Below are positions 56,040 to 64,000 of a stretch of DNA of 64,000 bases, piece by piece (within the stretch, counting starts at the first letter, position 1; every line of letters begins with the position of its first letter). The position numbers and the translations under genes are program-made. The stretch is taken from the NCBI GenBank assembly GCA_007376295.1, contig VMGB01000003.1, positions 7,106 to 71,105 on the forward strand, given 5' to 3'. Origin of the DNA: Parcubacteria group bacterium Gr01-1014_13 (GTDB lineage: Bacteria > Patescibacteriota > Patescibacteriia > Magasanikbacterales > GWA2-37-8). A model generated the notes under the pieces. That model saw nothing but the letters and a program-made list of their open reading frames with translations. It did no database searches and had not been told where the DNA came from.

Positions 56040-59000
56040 ATGCCTATAAAAAGAGTCTCTAAAGGAAGGATAATCCCAGAAAAAAAACCAGTAAAATCTT
56101 TAAAACCCAAAGTTAAAAAGATTTCCGCGCCTGCTCCTAAACCAACTCCCGCCCCCGCTAAAGTTATGGCAAACAAACCAAAAGCGAAAGTTTCCGACAA
56201 AGCTGATGCCAGCTATAGCGCCAAAAATATTACAATTTTAGAAGGTCTGGAAGCCGTACGCCGCCGTCCGGGCATGTATATTGGCTCCACTGGTCCGGTA
56301 GGTCTTCATCACCTAATTTGGGAAGTAGTAGACAACTCTATCGACGAAGCGATGGCTGGTTTTTGTACGCAAATTAACATCACTCTTTTGCCAGATCATT
56401 ATATAGAAGTAAAAGACAATGGTCGTGGTATCCCTGTAGATATTCATCCGCAAACCGGTGTCAGCGCTTTAGAAGTTGTACTTACCAAACTGCACGCTGG
56501 TGGTAAATTTGATGCTGGCAGTTATAAAGTTTCTGGTGGTTTGCACGGCGTGGGTGTTTCGGTAGTCAACGCTTTATCCACACACGTTAAAGCCGAAGTG
56601 CATCGCGACGGCAAAGTTTGGTTGCAAGAATATAAAAATGGCGGTAATCCGGTAAAAAAAGTTCATCAAATTGGTACTACCAAAGACCGCGGTACAATAA
56701 TTACTTTCCGAGCTGACGACACTATTTTTGAAACCATTGATTACGAATGGAAAACTATTATCGATCACGTTCGCCAACAAGTCTATCTGTCCAAAGGTAT
56801 TCGTATTGCTATAACCGATAAAAGAACTGGCGCGGAAAAAGATGCGGACAAAACTGCTTTGCCATTCCCCAACCCAACTTATCAATTTTACTTTGAAGGC
56901 GGTATCGCTTCATATGTTCGCCACCTAAACCAAAACAAAGAAGTCAAAAACGAAAATGTTTTTTATGTAGAAAAGGTACACGAAGATGTAAAAGTAGAAA
57001 TCGCTTTACAATACAGCGATGAATTTACTGAATCTTTGTTTGCTTTTACTAATAATATTTACAATCCTGAAGGCGGCACGCATGTGGCTGGTTTTCGTAC
57101 AGCCCTGACCCGAAGTTTAAACAGCTATGCGCGCAACAAAAATATTTTAAAAGAAAAAGACAGCAACCTGACTGGTGAAGACGTACGGGAAGGTTTAAAC
57201 TGTATAATTTCTGTCAAAGTTACTGAACCGCAATTTGAAGGTCAAACCAAAGCCAAATTAGGAAACACCGAAGTAAAAACTGCGGTTGAAGCCGTGATGA
57301 ATGATGAATTTTTGGTCTTCCTGGAAGAACACCCGAAGGATGCCGAAGGCATCGTTGGTAAATGTTTGCTCGCTGCCCGCGCTCGCAATGCGGCTAAAAT
57401 CGCCCGCGATACTATTTTGCGTAAAGGTGCTTTGGAAGGATTTACTCTGCCTGGAAAATTAGCAGACTGCAGCAGCCGACGCGCCGAAGAATCTGAATTG
57501 TTCATTGTGGAGGGAGATAGTGCGGGTGGATGTTGGGATGGAAATACACTAGTTGCGCTTGCTGATGGCAGAGCCTTGAGTTTTAAAGAAATTATAAAAG
57601 AACAATCTGAAGGCAAAGAACATTTCTGTTATACCATAAGAAATGATGGAAAAATTGGCTTAGAAAGAATTATTAATCCGCGCCGAACAAAAACAAACGC
57701 TACGGTTATTAAAATCACTCTTGATAATGGAGAAATTTTAACTTGCACACCGGACCATCTTTTTATGACACGAGATGGAAGTTATAAACAAGCCCAACTT
57801 TTGACTGCGAAAGACTCTTTAATGCCACTATACAAAAAAATCTCGAATAAAAAAGAAAGGGGCATCACCATTGACGGGTATGAAATGGTGTGGGATCCAA
57901 AATCTGATTCCTGGCTATTTACGCACATGCTAGCTGACTGGTACAACAGATGGAAAGGTGTTTATAAAACTACAGATGGCGATCACCGCCATCACATGGA
58001 CTTCAACAAACGTAACAACAACCCTTCAAACTTGCTTAGGATCTCAAAAGAATCCCATTTGGAATTACATAGAAAACATGTAAGCAAAACATTGCATAGA
58101 CCGGATGTTATTGAAAAATGCAGAAAAATAAAACAGGATCCACAATTTCGAACAGCAATGAGCGCGCGCATGAAGCAGCCGGAAACAGCGGCTTTGCTTT
58201 CAAAAAATGCAAAAAAACAATGGCAAAATACAGAATACAAGAATTACATGACCAAAAAATTCTTAGAATTCTATAATAACAACGAAGAATACCGCCAAAA
58301 AAATAACGAGTTGCTGAATAAAGCCCAACAGAAGTATTGGAGCGATGAAGTAAACAAAATCAATCAAGCCGAGAGGGTTACAAAATTCTTTGAGGAGCAT
58401 CCTTATAGAAAGGAATGGTTAAGAGAACTAGCCGCGGCGCAATGGAATGACTCAGACTTAAAACAATGGCGTTCCGAAAAAACAAAGGAGCAATGGACGC
58501 TGGAATTCCGCACCAAACGACGTGAAGCATATAACCAGACTTACCTCCAGAACAGTTTGGCGTTTGCCAAAAAAATCTTGGAGCAGGGTCAGGATTTATT
58601 TGTGACATATAATCTGACCCGAAAAAATCTGCCGAAACGCGACAATAATATAGTCAAACTAGAAACTCTGCTTGACCGATTTTTTGCCGGAGATAAAAAT
58701 CGTCTACTTGAAGCCACAACTAACTTCAATCATAAAATAACAAAGATTGAAAAGGTAAAAGAAAAAATTGATGTATATGACATTGAAGTCCCAGGAACTC
58801 ACAATTTTGCGCTTGCTTCCGGAATATTCGTGCATAATAGTGCCAAGCAAGGACGTGACCGTGAACACCAAGCCATCTTGCCTCTGCGCGGTAAAGTTCT
58901 TAATGTTGAACGCGCTCGTTTAGATAAAATTCTCACCAACAACGAATTAAAATCACTCATCATTGCTATGGGCACAAATATTGGCGAAGCGCTTGATATT

Positions 59001-59570
59001 TCCAAACTTCGTTATCATCGCGTAATCATCATGACCGATGCTGATGTCGATGGCGCGCATATCCGTACTCTTCTGCTTACATTTTTCTATCGTTACTACC
59101 CAACGCTAATTACCGGTGGACATATTTTGATTGCCCAGCCGCCGCTATATAGTTTGAAGTATGGCAAGAACATGAAGTACGCTTATAACGACGAAGAAAA
59201 AGAAAAAATACTTCTTGAAATTAAAAATACATCTTCTGCCAATTCCTCTGCTAAAGCTGCGGCTAAAAAAGCAATGGTAGGAGCGTCATCTCCAGAAGAA
59301 GCTGGAGAAACTGCTGAAGGCGAAGTTCAAGGATTAGAAATAAATGGCATTAAAGTAAATATTCAGCGCTATAAAGGTTTGGGTGAAATGAACCCTGAAC
59401 AACTTTGGGAAACTACCATGAACCCAAAAAATCGCATGATGAAAAGAGTGACTATTGAAGACGCTGAACTGGCCAATGAAGTTTTTGAAATCCTAATGGG
59501 TGATGAAGTAGCTCCACGCAAAAAATTCATCCAAACTCATGCCAAATCAGTAAGTAATTTGGATATTTAA
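56040..59570 (+). CDS. gyrB: DNA gyrase subunit B (intein-containing, K/P/A-rich N-terminal extension)
   Basis: EAVRRRPGMYIG, EVVDNSIDE, SGGLHGVG, EGDSAGG|intein|SAKQGRD, PLRGK, MTDADVDG, RYKGLGEM. Confidence 0.97.
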   Translation: MPIKRVSKGRIIPEKKPVKSLKPKVKKISAPAPKPTPAPAKVMANKPKAKVSDKADASYSAKNITILEGLEAVRRRPGMYIGSTGPVGLHHLIWEVVDNSIDEAMAGFCTQINITLLPDHYIEVKDNGRGIPVDIHPQTGVSALEVVLTKLHAGGKFDAGSYKVSGGLHGVGVSVVNALSTHVKAEVHRDGKVWLQEYKNGGNPVKKVHQIGTTKDRGTIITFRADDTIFETIDYEWKTIIDHVRQQVYLSKGIRIAITDKRTGAEKDADKTALPFPNPTYQFYFEGGIASYVRHLNQNKEVKNENVFYVEKVHEDVKVEIALQYSDEFTESLFAFTNNIYNPEGGTHVAGFRTALTRSLNSYARNKNILKEKDSNLTGEDVREGLNCIISVKVTEPQFEGQTKAKLGNTEVKTAVEAVMNDEFLVFLEEHPKDAEGIVGKCLLAARARNAAKIARDTILRKGALEGFTLPGKLADCSSRRAEESELFIVEGDSAGGCWDGNTLVALADGRALSFKEIIKEQSEGKEHFCYTIRNDGKIGLERIINPRRTKTNATVIKITLDNGEILTCTPDHLFMTRDGSYKQAQLLTAKDSLMPLYKKISNKKERGITIDGYEMVWDPKSDSWLFTHMLADWYNRWKGVYKTTDGDHRHHMDFNKRNNNPSNLLRISKESHLELHRKHVSKTLHRPDVIEKCRKIKQDPQFRTAMSARMKQPETAALLSKNAKKQWQNTEYKNYMTKKFLEFYNNNEEYRQKNNELLNKAQQKYWSDEVNKINQAERVTKFFEEHPYRKEWLRELAAAQWNDSDLKQWRSEKTKEQWTLEFRTKRREAYNQTYLQNSLAFAKKILEQGQDLFVTYNLTRKNLPKRDNNIVKLETLLDRFFAGDKNRLLEATTNFNHKITKIEKVKEKIDVYDIEVPGTHNFALASGIFVHNSAKQGRDREHQAILPLRGKVLNVERARLDKILTNNELKSLIIAMGTNIGEALDISKLRYHRVIIMTDADVDGAHIRTLLLTFFYRYYPTLITGGHILIAQPPLYSLKYGKNMKYAYNDEEKEKILLEIKNTSSANSSAKAAAKKAMVGASSPEEAGETAEGEVQGLEINGIKVNIQRYKGLGEMNPEQLWETTMNPKNRMMKRVTIEDAELANEVFEILMGDEVAPRKKFIQTHAKSVSNLDI
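57531..58838 (+). mobile_element. Intein in GyrB with HNH homing endonuclease (436 aa)
   Basis: Starts CWDGNTLVALADG; block B TPDHLF; HHMDFNKRNNNPSNL (HNH); ends VYDIEVPGTHNFALASGIFVHN|S. Confidence 0.93.
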
Positions 59571-59667
59571 CCTATTCACAGCACCCCTTGACATTTCCTC
59601 TAAAGTAAGGTATTATTACTTCATCAAATACAAGACAGCCGCAAGGCTGTTTTAAAATCCAAAATAT

Positions 59668-59856
59668 ATGATAAACGCGATCAAAAACTATTTTGTCGGA
59701 GCTTTTCAAGAAATGAGAAAGGTCACCTGGCCTACCAAAAGCCAAACCATCAACTACAGTATTATGGTATTAGCTCTCAGTATTGGCATGGCATTATTTT
59801 TCGGACTACTAGACTATATTTTTAACTCAGTCATAACTACATTCTTTTTAAGATAA
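59668..59856 (+). CDS. secE: Preprotein translocase subunit SecE
   Basis: EMRKVTWPT plus one TM; upstream of nusG; promoter TTGACA-N17-TATTAT near 59588. Confidence 0.93.
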   Translation: MINAIKNYFVGAFQEMRKVTWPTKSQTINYSIMVLALSIGMALFFGLLDYIFNSVITTFFLR

Positions 59857-59857
59857 T

Positions 59858-60403
59858 ATGGCAAAACAGACCCTGAATTTAGGTAAACGTTGGTACGTGC
59901 TACACACTTACAGCGGCTACGAAGAAAACGTAAAAAGCAATCTGGAACAACGCACAGAGTCTTTTGCCATGCAAGATAAAATTTTTAATATTTTAGTTCC
60001 GAAAGAAAAGAAAATAAAAATCAAAAACAGCAAACGTTCAGTTGTGGAAGAAAAAATGTTTCCTGGTTACGTCTTAGTAGAAATGATCGTTACCGATGAT
60101 TCTTGGTATGTAGTACGTAATACACCTAATGTTACCGGATTCGTTGGTTCAGGTACTACCCCAACACCGATCGATCAAGCCGAGGTTGATGGTCTAGTAA
60201 AAAGAATGTCTGCTTCTGAACCACAACACAAAATTGATTTTGAAATTAACGAATCAGTACGCATTACCGATGGACCATTCAAAAACTTTGAAGGTAAAGT
60301 TAGCAATGTTGATCAGGAAAGAGGCAAAGTTAAAGTTCTTATCACCATGTTTGGTCGCGAAACTCCGGTAGAACTGGATGCAATGCAGGTTAAAAAAGCT
60401 TAA
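59858..60403 (+). CDS. nusG: Transcription termination/antitermination factor NusG
   Basis: WYVLHTYSGYE, FPGYVLV, KOW domain, FGRETPVEL. Confidence 0.97.
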   Translation: MAKQTLNLGKRWYVLHTYSGYEENVKSNLEQRTESFAMQDKIFNILVPKEKKIKIKNSKRSVVEEKMFPGYVLVEMIVTDDSWYVVRNTPNVTGFVGSGTTPTPIDQAEVDGLVKRMSASEPQHKIDFEINESVRITDGPFKNFEGKVSNVDQERGKVKVLITMFGRETPVELDAMQVKKA

Positions 60404-60460
60404 TTAATTGTTTACGGATTGGTTCCTTCCAGGGACGCTTCTCAATCCAAATTAAATCAT

Positions 60461-60886
60461 ATGGCCAAGAAAATTACAGCACAGATCAAATTGCAGATTA
60501 TGGGCGGAGCCGCTAACCCAGCGCCACCAGTCGGTCCGGCGTTAGGTCAGCACGGTGTAAACATCCAAAGTTTCTGCAAAGAATTCAACGACAAAACTCA
60601 AGATAAAAAAGGTGAAGTAGTGCCAATTATCATTTCCGTTTACGAAGACCGAAGTTTTACCTTCATCATGAAGACTCCTCCGGTTCCGGAATTGATCAAA
60701 AAAGCTGCCAACATTTCCAAAGGTTCAGCAAAACCTTTACAAGAAAAAGTTGGTAAAATAACTAAAGCACAAGTACGCCAAATTGCTGAAAAGAAAATGC
60801 CGGACCTAAACGCTCACACTGTGGAAGCTGCCATGAGTATGGTGGAAGGTACAGCACGAAATATGGGAGTAACGGTTGAAGGTTAA
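60461..60886 (+). CDS. rplK: 50S ribosomal protein L11
   Basis: [32 protein letters not shown]. Confidence 0.97.
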   Translation: MAKKITAQIKLQIMGGAANPAPPVGPALGQHGVNIQSFCKEFNDKTQDKKGEVVPIIISVYEDRSFTFIMKTPPVPELIKKAANISKGSAKPLQEKVGKITKAQVRQIAEKKMPDLNAHTVEAAMSMVEGTARNMGVTVEG

Positions 60887-60896
60887 AAAATATTTT

Positions 60897-60935
60897 AAAC
60901 AAAAAATCGAGTGATAAACTCGATTTTTTGTTTTT
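60897..60935. terminator. Bidirectional terminator directly after rplK
   Basis: aaacaaaaaatcgagt-gataa-actcgattttttgttt. Confidence 0.8.
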
Positions 60936-60988
60936 ACTTTACCTCCCCACTCATTGTACTTTTTTATTATTTCCGTTTTCCTTTTTAA

Positions 60989-61717
60989 TTATTTAATCTG
61001 GGTAAAAATACTTTGAGCTTGTAATATATATTTATCTGATTCACGCATTTTTTCAGAACAAGAGTCAAGTGCTTGTTTAAAAATTTCTAAATACTTTTCT
61101 CGGTCATCAAGTTTAGTGGAATTATTATAGGAGTTGAGGCTGTCTGATAAGTTTATGCAGTGTTGACTAGCTTGAATCCGAGCATCAGTTGCAGAATATA
61201 GCAAATTTTTTAAGTCAACAATCTTATCTAAATTAAAACTATTGAAATTTTTAATTTGTTCTCGAGAACTTTGAAAACCAGTTAAGGCAAGGGTGAAGAA
61301 ATTTTTTGCCGATAATGCGTTCTGAGTATTTTCCGAGGATAATTTTAATCCACTTTCAAAATTCTTTAGAGCTGCCGAATATGAGTAATTAAAATCATTA
61401 TACGCATTATTAAATTGAATAAAATCAGTCTTATTTTTTTGAAGCACTTGTTCAGAGGTGGTTGGTAGCGGGGTAGTTTGAGCAACTTGTTCAATTACCT
61501 TTTCTATCGTTTTCACAGGTTTCGGTGTAGGAATAATCTTTGAAACAGGGGGTGTAATTTCTGTTTTTAATCGCTCTGTAGAACTAGCCTGTTCTTGAAT
61601 AGCAAAGATTAACTTATCAATTTGCTCTTGTTGTTTCTGAATAGTCAGATCCTTCTGGTTTTTACATCCAGCCCCCAATAAAAATAACCCCACTAAAATT
61701 AGTAATATTTGTTTCAT
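60989..61717 (-). CDS. Hypothetical lipoprotein
   Basis: LLGAGC lipobox, P/T linker, helical C-terminus. Confidence 0.7.
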   Translation of the reverse strand: MKQILLILVGLFLLGAGCKNQKDLTIQKQQEQIDKLIFAIQEQASSTERLKTEITPPVSKIIPTPKPVKTIEKVIEQVAQTTPLPTTSEQVLQKNKTDFIQFNNAYNDFNYSYSAALKNFESGLKLSSENTQNALSAKNFFTLALTGFQSSREQIKNFNSFNLDKIVDLKNLLYSATDARIQASQHCINLSDSLNSYNNSTKLDDREKYLEIFKQALDSCSEKMRESDKYILQAQSIFTQIK

Positions 61718-61760
61718 ATAAATCTAAACTAACACAAAAACCCACTCCCGTCAATGAACA

Positions 61761-62864
61761 TTACTTTACAAACATTGCATCGCCAAAACTAAAAAATCTA
61801 TATTTTTCTTCTACAGCTTTTTGGTAACAATCGAGAACAAGTTCTCTGTTGCCTATAAAAGCTGATACCAGCATCAGGAGCGTGGATTTGGGCAGATGAA
61901 AATTAGTAATCAAGGCATCTACAACTTTAAATTTAAAACCGGGATAAATAAAAATATTTATATCACCGCTATACTGCCTCAAGATAGGTTCAACATTAGT
62001 TTGTCCGGCAAATTTAAGCGCTATTCCCTCCAAAGCACGGACTGTAGTAGTTCCGACCGCCACCACTCGCCTGCCCTCTGCTTTAGCGGCATTTATCAAA
62101 TCAGTATTTTTGGAGGTTAACTCCACCCATTCGCTATGCATAAGGTGTTCCTCCAAACTATCCGTCTTTACCGGCAAAAATGTACCTAATCCCACATGCA
62201 AAGTTACTTCAGCAAATTCCACGCCTTTAGATTTTAACTTATCTATGAGCTCGGGTGTAAAATGAAATCCGGCAGTCGGCGCAGCCACCGAGCCCTCTTC
62301 TTTGGCATATACAGTTTGATACCGTTCGCTAGAAGAAACTGTTTCTACATACGGTGGCGTGGGTACTTCGCCATATTTATTGGCTTTGGCCCGCACTAAC
62401 ATATCATCTTCAGCAAACTCAATCAGATATGTACCATCATTTTCCTTGAGCAACACTTGCGCGCTAAAATCTGGCGCAAAAACTATTTTCATTCCTAAGC
62501 GCAACTTTTTGCCCGGCTTAGCCAACACCTTCCAGACTTTATTGTTTTCCATTGGCTTAACTAAAAATATTTCTACTGGCCCAACGTTTAAAATTTTATC
62601 ACTAGAATTAATTTTTTCTTTTACTTCAATCACTTGTTCGTCCAAAGCCAAAGTCCCTCGCAAACGCGCTTTAAAAACTTTAGTGTTATTCCAAACCAAC
62701 AGATCACCTTTTTGGAGATAATCTACGATATCAAAAAAATACTTGTCCTCAACTTTTTTTGTTTCCCGGTCCAACACCATTAGCCGCGAACTATCCCGTG
62801 GCTCCAAAGGAATCTGGGCGATAAGTTGTTTGGGTAAATTGTAATTAAAATCAGAAGTGAGCAT
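61761..62864 (-). CDS. queA: S-adenosylmethionine:tRNA ribosyltransferase-isomerase QueA
   Basis: SDFNYNLP, YQTVYA, AAPTAGFHFT, TLHVGLGTF, TNFHLPKSTL, YRFFSFGDAM. Confidence 0.97.
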   Translation of the reverse strand: MLTSDFNYNLPKQLIAQIPLEPRDSSRLMVLDRETKKVEDKYFFDIVDYLQKGDLLVWNNTKVFKARLRGTLALDEQVIEVKEKINSSDKILNVGPVEIFLVKPMENNKVWKVLAKPGKKLRLGMKIVFAPDFSAQVLLKENDGTYLIEFAEDDMLVRAKANKYGEVPTPPYVETVSSSERYQTVYAKEEGSVAAPTAGFHFTPELIDKLKSKGVEFAEVTLHVGLGTFLPVKTDSLEEHLMHSEWVELTSKNTDLINAAKAEGRRVVAVGTTTVRALEGIALKFAGQTNVEPILRQYSGDINIFIYPGFKFKVVDALITNFHLPKSTLLMLVSAFIGNRELVLDCYQKAVEEKYRFFSFGDAMFVK

Positions 62865-62865
62865 G

Positions 62866-63708
62866 CTATAACTTTCTTTTGTTTAAATTATGCTCGTCCA
62901 AAGTTCTGGCATAATATACGGTGCCGTCTTTGCCGGTTAAAAAATACCAGTAGGAATTTTTTTCCGGATGAAGCGCCGCTTTAATTGAATCCAAATCTGG
63001 ATTGGCTATTGGCCCGAGCGGCAATCCAGGGTATTTATAGGTATTCCAGAAAGAATCAAAGCTTCGTTCTTTTCCTGTCGTAAATACATCTCCAGTTCTA
63101 TCTACAGCATAGTGCACGCTTGAATCTAATTGCAGCGCCCAGTTATTTTTGTACCTCCGCCACAAAATATCGGCCACCTTGGCTTTGTCTTCCGGATGTT
63201 GCACCTCTTTTTCCAACAAGCTGGCCATGGTTAAAATTTCATAAAAACTTTTGCTCGAATTTTTTACATCCTCCCACATTGTCGCATCCATTTCTTTGTC
63301 ACGCTGATTAATTAATTTCTTAATCACGTCCAAAAGAGTAGCGTCCCTAAAAACCCGGTAAGTTTCCGGAGCCAAAAATCCTTCGTAAGAAACATACCCT
63401 GGCTTGTAAGATATGACTGAAGATTCATTAATTACTGGTAAAATATGCCCGGTGCGGCGATAATCGACAGCCGGCTCACCGGTCAACTTATATACATCCT
63501 CTGTGCTAGAAGCAAAACTTTGTTTCACCAAATAATCGGCCACTTGTCGCAGATTCCATCCGGGAATAATAGTTAGAGTTACTTCTGGCCGAGGCGGAAT
63601 CGGGATATATTGGCGGGTATACTTTTTTTTAAAATACCAAAAACTACCGCCGATAATCGTCAGACAAACCAAGAATGAAAATATAATTGTTTTATGGTTA
63701 AAAGACAT
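62866..63708 (-). CDS. mltG: Endolytic transglycosylase MltG (YceG)
   Basis: EGFLAPETY, ASLLEKE, LQLD, NTYKYPGLPLGPIANP. Confidence 0.92.
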   Translation of the reverse strand: MSFNHKTIIFSFLVCLTIIGGSFWYFKKKYTRQYIPIPPRPEVTLTIIPGWNLRQVADYLVKQSFASSTEDVYKLTGEPAVDYRRTGHILPVINESSVISYKPGYVSYEGFLAPETYRVFRDATLLDVIKKLINQRDKEMDATMWEDVKNSSKSFYEILTMASLLEKEVQHPEDKAKVADILWRRYKNNWALQLDSSVHYAVDRTGDVFTTGKERSFDSFWNTYKYPGLPLGPIANPDLDSIKAALHPEKNSYWYFLTGKDGTVYYARTLDEHNLNKRKL

Positions 63709-63720
63709 AAAATTATTCCT

Positions 63721-64000
63721 TTATTCATTCCAATTTTCTCTCGCCCACGCCAGCCTTTCCGGCACACCGATATCTACCCACGCCCTGTCGGACTCATAAA
63801 CATACAGATCGTTCATTTTAGGAAAGACATCATATTCAATGCTAAAAGATTTTTCGACTGGGAAATATTTTTTTGCTTTGGCATTAAACAGATAAATTCC
63901 ACCGTTTATATACCCCGGCTGATGCAGACCTTCTTTTTCTTTAAACTTTTTTAAATGGAATTTCTTGTCGTATTCCAGCGTGCCGTAACTGGCCGCATCT
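63721..64000 (-). CDS. Sugar-phosphate nucleotidyltransferase (3' end; runs off window)
   Basis: Manual translation ...SYGTLEYD...FKEKEG...GYINGGIYLF...SIEYDVFP...WVDIGVPERL...*. Confidence 0.8.
   Translation of the reverse strand, partial: DAASYGTLEYDKKFHLKKFKEKEGLHQPGYINGGIYLFNAKAKKYFPVEKSFSIEYDVFPKMNDLYVYESDRAWVDIGVPERLAWARENWNE

Noticed and set aside
1-64000. TGA recoding (genetic code 25)
   Set aside because: Long conserved genes translate fully under code 11, and several ORFs end in TGA at sensible positions (e.g. 7890, 41306).

Overview
Chromosomal window from an AT-rich bacterium that looks like Patescibacteria (CPR, Parcubacteria-like). This is inferred from the compact gene packing, the many Shine-Dalgarno-less housekeeping starts, and VirB2/pilin-like fusion and CPR-type hypothetical genes. 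TGA is used as stop, so genetic code 11. Core genes: murE (partial), rny, hup, tsaD, dnaE, pheST, rseP, lemA/htpX, a phosphohexomutase, clpC, radA, recG, a PilB/GspE ATPase, ftsH, rpsA, gyrB (carrying a 436-aa HNH-type intein), secE-nusG-rplK, queA, mltG, tRNA-Glu and tRNA-Met. There are two accessory zones (about 5.9-19.9 kb and 49.5-55.9 kb). Main candidates for novelty: (1) an array of mostly monocistronic promoter-RBS-ORF-terminator cassettes at 51.7-55.8 kb that share terminator sequences and encode small membrane proteins with a recurring Arg-rich/KLPKAVV tail, plus two snapalysin-type lipoproteases; (2) a stand-alone C-rich sRNA of about 120 nt with its own promoter and terminator (7.9-8.06 kb); (3) a rod-shaped 6S-like RNA upstream of rny; (4) a three-gene candidate anti-phage operon (11.9-16.3 kb); (5) a bacterial translin/TRAX nuclease homologue; (6) a fatty-acid desaturase and other possibly host-derived (myxobacteria-like) genes. 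Family assignments come from motif recognition only; no database searches were run.
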